Source: Octopus sinensis
Lineage: Eukaryota
NCBI RefSeq assembly: GCF_006345805.1
Contig: NW_021833342.1
Coordinates: 1-27,552 of the forward strand
Reading direction: 5' to 3'
Length of the DNA: 27,552 nt
The notes below the pieces were generated by a model. That model made no database searches, was not told the DNA's origin, and was given only the letters and a program-made list of their open reading frames with translations. The number at the start of each line of letters is the position of its first letter. Within the stretch, counting starts at the first letter, position 1. The translations under genes and the position numbers were made by a program. Of the stretch, positions 11,372 to 21,471 are shown piece by piece.

Positions 11372-12045
11372 CATGTATTTATTCAGTTGGATATGAATTC
11401 AGAAAGTAAGTAGACGGAATAATATTCTAAGAGACATTTTACCAACGCTCTATCGACTCTTGCACCTTGTCACCTTTTTATTTGTGTTATTTGAGAAAAA
11501 AGTCACGTTAACCATAGCCATGTCCTACGGAAGGGTTTGCATTATTTTGCACAACCGGTTGGTGTTATAGGGGAAATTTTAGACATTTGTTGCGTGTCTT
11601 TTCAGCAATCATTTCAATATTGCTTCAAATAACTTTGAATCACGATTTCTGGACATCATTAACATAAATATCCCGATTGGATATTTGATCCATTTCCTTA
11701 TTCATGAGGATTGCGTGACGAATCCAAACATCGTTGAAAACCTTCTCAGTTGCGGTATAATTCTGAAGCCAAAATGACAAAGAAAAAGGTCATAAAGCCA
11801 TGTGGATAAGTATGGGTATTTTTCTCAGATATCCGAATTTGTGGTCAAATGTCGAAATTATTATCCCATTATTTCGCACCTTGTAGCGTATTGAAACGAC
11901 GATCTACAGCAGAAATTCTATATATGATTAGACCAGAAAACTGCATCTACTATTATAAAAAGGTTTCTTTACATCTCGGATTAAAAAAAAAGTTTTCTTC
12001 AAATATTTAGGCTCTTGATGAATAAGCATCGGCCTTGGCGAATGT

Positions 12046-13035
12046 AAGGGACGGCAGTATCACTAAAGTGTCGTAAAGCGGCGAGCTGGCAGAAACGTTA
12101 GCACACCGGGCGAAATGCTTAGGGGTAATCCGTCTACTGTTACGTTCTGAGTTCAAATTCCGCCGAGGTCGACTTTGCCTTTCATCCTTTCGGAGTCGAT
12201 AAATTAAGTACCAGTTACGCACTGGGGTCGATGTAATCGACTTAATCCCTTTGTCTGTCGTTGTTTGTCCCCTCTGTGTTTAGCCCCTTGTGGGTAGGGA
12301 AAAAATGGGTATTCCGTCTGCCGTTACGTTCTGAGTTCAAATTCCGCCGTGGTCGAATTAGCCTTTCATACTTTCGGGGTCGATAAATTAAGTACCAGTT
12401 ACGCACTGGGGTCGATATAAACGACTTAATCCGTTTGACTGTCCTTGTCTGTCCGCTCTGTGTTTAGCCCCTTGTGGGTAGTAAAGGATTAGGTATTCCG
12501 TCTGCCGTTACGTTCTGAGTTCAAATCCCGGCGAGGTCAACTTTGCCTTTCATCCTTTCGGGGTCGATTAAATAAGTACCAGTCACGTACTGGGATCGAT
12601 GTAATCAACTCAATCCCTTTGTCTGTCCTTGTTTGTTCCCTCTATGTTTAGCCCCTTGTGGGCAATAAAGCAATAAGAAACGTTAGTATGCCGGGCGCAA
12701 TGCTTTACGGTATTTCGTCAATCATTACATTCTGACTTCAAATTCCACCGAGGTTAATTTTGTCTTTCATCCTTCCGTGGTCGATAAATTAAGTACCAGT
12801 TACGTACTGGGGTCAATCTAATCGACTGACACCTTCCCCAAAAATTTCGGGACTTGTGCCTACAGAAAAAAAACGAGTATCGCTAAAGTGTCAGACAAAA
12901 TACCTTGATGTACTTGTTTTGATGCATTAGTTTCTGAGTTCAATTTCCGTAGGTGTCTGCTTCGATTTTGATTTTTCATAGGTTCATAAAATACCGTGCC
13001 GCTCTGGTAATGAGAACGAAGGGATCGACTAACCT
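12046..13035 (+). mobile_element. Older SINE split by the array (12046-12072 and 12876-~13035)
   Basis: 17-bp duplication AGTATC(A/G)CTAAAGTGTC at 12056-12072 and 12876-12892. The right part continues into a decayed B-box (CTGAGTTCAATTTCC). Confidence 0.65.
12073..12875 (+). mobile_element. Nested/tandem array of four tRNA-derived SINE units
   Basis: Unit 1 has a full head (A-box TGGCAGAAACG 12087-12097, B-box GAGTTCAAATTCC 12149-12161). Units 2 and 3 start at GGTATTCCG (12308, 12492; 184-bp period). Unit 4 starts at AGAAACG (12676) and has a different tail. The central GAGGTCGACTTTGCCTTTCATCCTTTCGGGGTCGATAAATTAAGTACC block resembles the MetaSINE domain as I recall it. Confidence 0.9.
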
Positions 13036-13374
13036 TTCATTTGTAATTGCTCTCTTTGTATAAAAAAACAAAATCATGATTTGATGGAACATAGCGTTCG
13101 CCGGTTTTATTCTTTCGCCATTTTCTGTATCGTACGTACATCACCAACAAATATATGAACGACATTAGAAAAGAAATGAGTTCACATTATCATGTCACTT
13201 CCATTGAACTTTCACTAACAAAACATTTGATAAACATTAATGAATAATTAAGTAACGATTGTTTAACTTTGATAAATCTTATTTACCCAGCTTAATTCAA
13301 AGATTATCATGGTTTTGGTGGGCGTTCCAAATTTTCATTGTTTAAAAGGACACATAAACATATACATCACACAC

Positions 13375-13439
13375 AGATACATATGTATATGTATATGTAT
13401 ATATATATTTGTATATGCATATACATGTGTATATATACA

Positions 13440-13476
<37 letters not shown>

Positions 13477-13499
13477 GCATATATCTATGTATGTATATA

Positions 13500-13544
<45 letters not shown>

Positions 13545-13904
13545 ATATATATATATATATATAATGAATAGTACAAATTGACGCGTGATTGTGCGGGAGT
13601 GGCTATGCGCATAAGTCTGTTTGTGCGACACTATACGCTTGTTTTCGCTGTTTACATTTAGATGTCACGCATATATATATATACATATATCGAAAGATAA
13701 AATTTGTCCCCCGGTAATACTTCCCACTCAAGTGCGGTTCACAACATGAAACGATTATGGAAATCAAAGTGCATAATGTGTGTGTATGAAATGTACATAA
13801 CTACACATATACATGTACATGTATATGTATATAGATATACAATAAATATATATATATAGATATAAATATATATACATACCTATATGCATATATATATATA
13901 AATA

Positions 13905-13963
<59 letters not shown>

Positions 13964-14119
13964 GTATATGTGTGTATATATATATAAACATATCTATATG
14001 TCTAGTTTTATTTGTATATATGTATATGTATGTATGTATATATACATATATATACATATATATGTATGCATATATAATGTGTATAAGTATATATATGTAT
14101 ATGTGTATAATATATATAC

Positions 14120-14153
<34 letters not shown>

Positions 14154-14230
14154 GATTATATATATATATATTTGTGTGTGTATGTGTGTGCCCTTCTTTA
14201 TGTTTACGTATATACATATACATATGCATT
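13375..14230. repeat. Large compound (TA)n/(TG)n/(CA)n microsatellite region (two blocks)
   Basis: Directly visible runs at ~13375-13563 and ~13790-14230. Confidence 0.9.
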
Positions 14231-14953
14231 TAAACATTTATGTAAATTAGTATTAAACGTCATATATTAGAGTTAATCTCCGATAAATTGTTGCTTGCAG
14301 TGAGGTGACTATTCCCGATTGGTCTTATTTCATTCAAGAAACCTCTTCTATCCCTATCACCATTCACTGTCTTTCTCTCTCCCCTCTCTCACACTCTTCA
14401 CCCGTCTCCCTCTCTCTCTCTCTCGGTCTCTCTCTATTTCTGTTTACATATATATATATATATATATGTATGTATATAGGTGTATACGTATATACATTCA
14501 TATAATCTTTCTATCTCTGCAGATTTAGCCTCTTTCACGCTGTTGCGCCTTTGTTTCTCGCTTGTTTAAAATGTTATTATCTGGTTTTCACACTACAAAT
14601 CATGCACAAAACATCAACAGAATTTCTGCATCTCCACTTGTCTTCACTTCTCGTCACTTATAACAAGGTTGTATATTAGCAGTAATTTACCATAAAATCG
14701 TGCTTCCGGCTGAAGCATTTCAGTGAAATTGTTCATCGAAATCTTCTCAATAAAAAGTTCCGTGTTCTAAACTCGCAATACATTTTCCACATTCCCGAAA
14801 ATGTAGAAATACTAAAACTTCATTTTCAGCAACCTTATTTCGTAACATAGTTTAATGTTTTTTGGGTTTTTTTACCCTTTTAGATTATAAATAAATAATT
14901 ATAGCGATTGTCATGGTAAGATTATCGTTTTTTAATCAAGCAATTAAATTAGG

Positions 14954-14980
<27 letters not shown>

Positions 14981-14987
<7 letters not shown>

Positions 14988-15171
14988 GAGAAAGAAGCAA
15001 CAAGAATGGATCGTACTAAAAACTAATCCATTCTTGTTGCTTCTTTCTCGTTTATAATCACCCCACATTACTGTATGGTTAACATCATATAGTTTTTCTG
15101 GTGCATCTAAGTAAGTACCACATTCAAGTAAATTCATTGGAATTTACTTGAATCTTAATTGCTTTGATATG

Positions 15172-15172
<1 letters not shown>
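14981..15172 (+). mobile_element. Penelope-like 3'-end fragment with a perfect 31-bp fold-back at its 5' junction, between (TA)n tracts
   Basis: Arms 14981-15011 and 15026-15056 are exact reverse complements. 15009-15125 aligns by eye to the minus strand of 24300-24412, the tail downstream of a hammerhead motif. Confidence 0.65.
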
Positions 15173-15211
<39 letters not shown>

Positions 15212-15215
<4 letters not shown>

Positions 15216-15406
15216 TATACAGTGAACAGGTCGCGGATTTTAGCGACGAAAATATTTTGACAAATTAAACTTAATTGATGAAGTGAACCGAACGGCTTTT
15301 GTGTGTTTCTTAAATGGCTTACAAACACCTTCCACGCCGCCAATTATTTTCGTTTCAGCACACGATCTCAGATCAATCACTTGCTATGCAAGTACATCTC
15401 CGTAAT
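15212..15406 (+). mobile_element. ~195-bp insert between (TA)n tracts with a hammerhead-like 5' end
   Basis: Non-repetitive island flanked by (TA)n. It contains the GTCGC/GCGAC hairpin followed directly by GAAA and the palindrome AAAATATTTT. Confidence 0.45.
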
Positions 15407-15422
15407 AGATATATATAATATA

Positions 15423-15465
<43 letters not shown>

Positions 15466-15908
15466 TATATATATATATACTTTCAATAATAATAAAGGGT
15501 AAAATTAAGTAATTTATAATTAATAATTTTACCAAGTAGTTCGGTATGTTAAAATAACCTTTATCGGTAACCTTATACAAAAATTCTATAATCATAGGCA
15601 TAATTATAATTGGAGTTCAGCACATTGCTTCACCACATACAGAATTAGAAATAGCAGTTAAAATAATATTCCTCAACCATACGATATCTCCCAGACAGCA
15701 ATGCTCTTATTTTACGTAGATATAGGGAAAAAATAATGAATCCACAGGCTTGTCGTTAACCACATACGCGATTCGGAATTAAAGAGATATACAATTCGTG
15801 TTTTACCGCTATTTCTAATAATATAATATATACATATATAATATATATATATTATATATATATATATATAATATATATATATATAGATATAATATATATA
15901 TATATATA

Positions 15909-16041
15909 TATATTAATCAAAATAAAAACATGATTCCGCTAAATCCTTTGAATCATGTTTTTATTTTGATTAATATACTCTATCACCTACACCACTAAAT
16001 GGTATATACAGGTGCTTACAACTATCAGTATCACCCTTAAT

Positions 16042-16046
<5 letters not shown>
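15909..16046 (+). mobile_element. PLE-like tail fragment with a perfect 28-bp fold-back, between (TA)n tracts
   Basis: Arms 15909-15936 and 15950-15977 are exact reverse complements with a 13-nt loop. The body shares TGTT..TTATTTTGATTA and GG.GC.T..AACT...AGTA.CA blocks with the 24300-24400 tail. Confidence 0.55.
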
Positions 16047-16089
<43 letters not shown>

Positions 16090-16095
16090 ATATGG

Positions 16096-16127
<32 letters not shown>

Positions 16128-16163
16128 ATTTATTTATTTATCTATTTATTTATTTGTAACAGG

Positions 16164-16757
16164 GCAGCAAACATTAATGCAAGGCATGTACCTCAAGTTG
16201 TATGCAATATTATTATAGGAAGAAATCAAAATCTTACACCTACCTCTGCGATATCCCTGAGTATGGTTTATTCCATCATCAGAAACAAATAGGGAAAGGA
16301 GAATGGTATATATCAACGAGATGACGATATAGACGAAGGGATTAAAAGAATAAGGAGATGGAAAAAAGAAGAAAAAAACAAAAACCATTCTGTTATTGAA
16401 CGTTGATATGTTCGCGTCTTGTTTCTTGGGATGTCTACTATATCAGGATGTTACCCCATGTGGATATACGCAAGATTGTACCTAAGATCTCAGGTTCTGG
16501 CTTCTATAACTTTGGAGAGTTGAAATATGAACTTTTTTTAATGCTTTTTTCCACCTCTTTATCATTTTACTTACTTCCTCTGTGTCGCCAACTTATTAAT
16601 ATGCACCATTTTCCCTATTTTTGTCCTCTGTTTGTCTCTCATGACGGAATATTCCATACTCGGGGATATTCAACAAACAGCTGTAAGATTGTGAATTACT
16701 TCTTATAATAATATTGCATACGACTTGAGAAGTTTACCTTGCCTTGATGTTTGCTGC
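16164..16757. repeat. Diverged inverted pair (~135-150 bp arms)
   Basis: 16164-16296 aligns to the reverse complement of 16610-16757, sharing blocks such as GTATGCAATATTATTATA and GAGTATGG. Confidence 0.8.
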
Positions 16758-16869
16758 ATCAGAAATCTGCAATGGCTCCATAACTACTGTCTTGGCTATT
16801 ACCTTGGAGCCCTAGTAATCCGTTACAGCATTTACCTAGCGTACTTAATCGTTTAAATCACCTGTGAGG

Positions 16870-16955
<86 letters not shown>

Positions 16956-16956
16956 A

Positions 16957-17339
16957 CTAGCAGTATCACCGGTGTTGCTTGGGTTTGTTTCCACCCTTTA
17001 GAATTGGAATTTTTGATAAGTAAAAATTCTGCATTATGCAACTTGTTATTCTCTTCAAGTGAACATTTTCCCAGTTGAAATACATCGAAAAATGGTGACA
17101 CAGCAGTCAAAAATCGTAAATAATTGGGATTTTCATAGAAAAAATCACCTTTTTGATGTGAATAATTTTTGGTGTTAACATGGTCCGATTTGAATTTTAT
17201 CTTCTACAGAATGAAGAGCAAGCCTTCTATCATACTCTCAATTTCGGTCAACTTGCGCTGCAAATCTAGAAGGAGATAGTGTTAGTTGAAGGCTACCAAG
17301 CCTGCCACACACAGACAACTTCAGCTTTATATATATAGA
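16957..17339 (-). mobile_element. Non-autonomous Helitron
   Basis: On the minus strand it starts TCTATATATATAAAG and ends with a degenerate GC hairpin (16969-16983) then CTAG (16957-16960). It sits between A (17340) and T (16956) with no TSD, the canonical Helitron termini. Confidence 0.8.
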
Positions 17340-17340
17340 T

Positions 17341-18063
17341 TTGCTACACACTACTTTCCATCCTTAATAATGAAACTTGGTAGATACAAAAGTTAAACAC
17401 GCATACACACACACAGATACACATACAGACACACAAGTTGAGTTTTATATATATAGATTTCTCAACGGGGATTTTAGGGAAGACTTTCAGGGAGTCGCTG
17501 GCGATGTATCGTGATGATCAAAAATCCGGCCTGCTAAAATTTGGTTAAAGTGATTCAAACTGCAGACTCAACGCAAAATGGTCATATTTGATTCAAAGCG
17601 TTAAAAATGTTATGAAAACAACTGGTATGTGTTCACAAAGTCCAAACGATTAATACGAACCCCCCCCCCACCAGGCTACATCCCGAAAATTAATTTCTTT
17701 GCCGAATTCCTAAAATGTTTACGGTGATTCTTTTTTATGTCTTGATTTTTTTTTGATTTTTCATGCAATTTACGCATGCTTGCACGCGTGGTGAACACAG
17801 TTCACGTCAAACAGCTGACTGAGTAAATTTCACTATTCAATGCAAGGAATAAGGCCTAAACAAATACATTATCGATTTTTGCACTTGCGAGATGAATTTC
17901 GGAACAGAAATAGCGCAGTTCAATTTTCATTCACCTAACCTTTAAGTGACCCATTTTGGGGGGTACTACGATTTGTTGGCTAGGAGGAGATGTGCCGGGA
18001 AGTTAAACACACAGACACACATATACTGACACAGACACACAAGTTGAGTTTTATATATATAGA
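17341..18063 (-). mobile_element. Two further Helitron-like 5' segments (5' ends at 17457 and 18063)
   Basis: Both read A|TCTATATATATAAAACTCAACTTGTGTGTCTG on the minus strand. No separate hairpin+CTAG terminator was found for either. Confidence 0.65.
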
Positions 18064-18197
18064 TATATAAAAATTAGAAAAAAAAACACCTTTTATCAAT
18101 TCAAAATGAACAATTAAATTACACCACCTAAAAAATTACATATAATATAAATATTAACAATAAAATAACAATAGAATGTCCAAGAATAAGTAAATTG

Positions 18198-18229
18198 CAA
18201 TAATAATAATAATAATAATAATAATAGTA

Positions 18230-18263
<34 letters not shown>
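18198..18263. repeat. (TAA)n microsatellite
   Basis: Directly visible. Confidence 0.95.
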
Positions 18264-18264
<1 letters not shown>

Positions 18265-18431
18265 GTATATAAATTGTAGAATAAAAGGTGTTTTTTTCTT
18301 TTTTTTTTAATATATATTATATTGTGTGAAATTTGATTTAATATTTCTAAATTGAATCTTTTCCCCTTGTAAGTTTTGGATTTTATTCCCTCAAATATAA
18401 ATAATTATATATATATATTATACATATATAT

Positions 18432-18844
18432 GCCAACCTTGTGAAGACCTGTTGGGACATGTGAAATCGGAATCGAAAATGAACCAATCCTATGTCTGGC
18501 ACCCGGCAGTTGCCAGTGCCGCTGGACTGACCTTTGTGCAGGTGGCAAGTAAAGAAACACCGTTTTCACCCTGTGCTTGAGGAGGCCTATTGAGTCAAGT
18601 ACACCAACATCAAAAATCAATGGAAACTGCAGTTGTGATCCCTGTGCCGGTGGCACGTAAAAAGCACCCACTACACACACGGAGGTGTTGGCGTTAGAAA
18701 GGGCATCCAGCTGTAGAAACACTGCCAGATCCGACTGGAGCCTGATGCAGCCTTCTGGCTTCCCAGATTCCAGTTGAACCGTCCAACCCATGCTAGCATG
18801 GAGAACGGACATTAAACGATGATGATGATGATGATGATGATGAT
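18432..18844 (+). mobile_element. SINE-like repeat, 3' part, with (GAT)n tail
   Basis: GGCACGTAAAAAGCACC and GGCGTTAGAAAGGGCATCCAGC blocks, then AACCCATGCTAGCATGG and a (GAT)n tail. Recognised from memory as a common octopus repeat. No tRNA head seen. Confidence 0.7.
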
Positions 18845-20465
18845 ATATATACAGAGAGAGAGAGTGTGAGAGAGATATACACAAACACCTACATATATAT
18901 GTGTATGTGTGCGCGCGTGTGAGCGCGTGCGCGTGTACAGAAAGAGAGAGAGAGAGAGAGAGACATAATGAGAGGGTACTGGGAAATTCTTTAAAGATAT
19001 CTCGTATTTTTTGGCTTCTTTTGCGCTTGTGTTAATTCATTTATAATTTAACACCACGCAGTTTGTCGGGCTTTGAAGAAGCCTCGAATTTAAGCCAATT
19101 ATTTCTCTAAAACGAAACGCAATTTACTTTCAGAAAAAAGCAACAAAAAATATCAAATGTGTATTCCTCTTGTCCTTTTCCTCCTCTGCCCAAATCAAAA
19201 ATATTTGGAATGGAAATAACACTTTAATTTTTCTTTGACTATTACACTGCGACTCCTAGATTTATTTGATTAATTCCTTAAACAGATCCCATGCTTGATT
19301 TACGCTTTGGTTTTATTGTCCGTTTTGGTTTTGGATATATTCCGGCATACTGGCATAATATATCGATTTCAATGCGTGCTAGTACAGTCTCTGATATGAA
19401 TATATCGGTGATTTTTTTTAAATCATAAAAGGATTGCGCAATACACGTCATAACACAGTACAACTTCAATACATAGCAAAAGAAAAAGGTCGGCCTAAAC
19501 TTACATTTATAATAGCGCTTCAGTTCTTTCAGATCTTTAGGTATTTGCTGACAACGCCTCGCTCTTTTCTGCACTCAATAATGTAAAATAATGTTACACA
19601 AAATAATATGAAAGTCACCATGTTATATATTGCTTTTGTATGTTCGTATTAATTTTTATTGAAATATATTCAGAATACAATTCTGTGATAGAAAGTTCTA
19701 GAATAGGATCTATACCCAGTGCGTCTTGTCCGATGTAGGAATAGAGTCATATTAACGTTGTCTGACAAAGGGTCATGTCCCAGTACACTTTAGTCGGTAT
19801 GAAAATCTTCCCCAGGCAACATTCTCTAGCATACAATGTCACAAGTACCTTGATAACAATGGCCTTATTTTAAGGAACACATATTCCGGAAAGGAAATTT
19901 TAAACCAAATTACATTCTGGGGAATATGTACACTGGCCAGAAAATAATGGAGAGAGTATTTCGGAAATAAAAATGGTAAAAGACACTAGCGAAATGCAAT
20001 ACCTCCCTAATAGATGTTGTTCAGAATTTAACCCTACAGTTGTTTTACATAGTTTTCAAGTAAATCACACATATATGCACAGAAAAATAATTCATACAAG
20101 CGCACCTCACAAACACACATACGCACCAAACGCTGCTGCAAATACTTCTTAAACTTAGCATGTAACAGATGTGGACAATATGGGGTAAATTACACGTGAA
20201 GAATTAAAATCAAAAATCCAAGATTCAGACGTTGCTGTATAAAAAAAATATAGAAGAAATATTTAACGATGAAATTAAAGCAACACCAGTGTAATATTCA
20301 TTATCGACCACGCATACTTAACGCATGCACAAAGTGTATATGCCGGCAGGCTACGATTTCATGTGGTTCAGATTATTCCCTCAAAGATGATTTAACATGA
20401 GCATAATACTCACGCAGGCGCTACACAGAAGGTGAATCAATTGTTATACATTACTGAAAGGTGTA

Positions 20466-20710
20466 TGAAGGGTGTTAGAAAAAGCTGAAGGGAACATTAC
20501 AGTTGCAGACACAAGAGGGTGTGCACAGAAGTATTCTTGGTTTCAAGAGTACCTTGAAATATTTCTTCTTTTCTAGGACTTAGAAAAACTGAAGGACTAC
20601 TGCAATAAGTGTGTGAGTCGGTGAGAGAAATAGGTTGCATAAAATCGTAATGAAATAATCCTCCTTTATGTTTTTTCATCCGAAGCCATGAACTTTTTAG
20701 TTCGCCCTCG
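20466..20710 (+). mobile_element. Mariner-derived MITE/remnant
   Basis: The right end reverse-complements to CGAGGGCGAACTAAAAAGTTCATGG next to TA (20711-20712). A degenerate left TIR follows TA at 20464-20465. The interior gives a decayed mariner C-terminus (GL-KLKDYCNKCVS). Confidence 0.65.
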
Positions 20711-21323
20711 TATATATCTATATGCACACACACACACATACACACACACATCCACAGACACACACATCCACAGACACACGTACATGAGTCTGTCTGTTTG
20801 TCTGTGTATGATGATATGACGAATGATAAGAAGAGAAATGGAAACAATCTAGTGATTTTGGTTATGAATGTGATCAATACGGTTGTCGAATAATTCTTCA
20901 TGTTTGTAAGCGTTTCACTTACTGAGACAGGGTCTCTTGTACGTAATATATTGATTTGAAAACCCATTATTCAAATGAGATTATCCAAGGAAGCAGTAGT
21001 AATACCCACCCCTCTTGAAAGGTTTTAAATCTAAAATCCTTATTTGAAGTGTTTCTTGCTTTAAGTAACATTATTCCCCGTTTTTCTTTCCCCCGTTTTT
21101 TCCATTATATTTACCCGAAATACTATTGCATTGATACACCTATTTTCCATTCTATGTTTTTCTCTATTCACCAGATCATTCTAAACCAACTTGTAAGATA
21201 TTCATACCTTCAAAATTTCGTACATGTTCACCGACTCTAATTTAATAGAATACATTTTATTCAGTTCATAATTCCTTGAAATTTTAAAACGAGAAACGTC
21301 AATTTTTGATTGGTGACCAATAC

Positions 21324-21348
21324 CTATTATTATTATTACTATTATTAC

Positions 21349-21444
<96 letters not shown>

Positions 21445-21471
21445 GACGACGACGACGACGACGACGACGAC
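21324..21471. repeat. Compound trinucleotide microsatellite (ATT)n-(ACT)n-(ACG)n
   Basis: Directly visible. Confidence 0.95.

Noticed and set aside
12073-12875. CRISPR-like or tRNA-gene-cluster reading of the 184-bp periodic array
   Set aside because: No repeat-spacer structure; the heads lack a full cloverleaf and continue into SINE body and tail.
14691-14766. Minus-strand open AG/GT segment NTELFIEKISMNNFTEMLQPEARFY
   Set aside because: Weak pyrimidine tract, unrecognised peptide and ambiguous phase with the other candidates.
15235-15375. Minus-strand hammerhead reading (GAAA-CGAAAATA...TATTTTCG-TC)
   Set aside because: Good stem III and GUC site, but no properly placed CUGANGA core or stem I.
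15528-15570. Minus-strand hammerhead-like CCGATAA...GAAC segment
   Set aside because: Several core substitutions and no consistent stem I register; at best a dead remnant.
19505-19568. Minus-strand 64-nt segment with a GTAAGT donor (KRARRCQQIPKDLKELKRYYK)
   Set aside because: Unrecognised peptide; the opposite strand gives an equally weak RT-like VFADN, so neither reading is supported.
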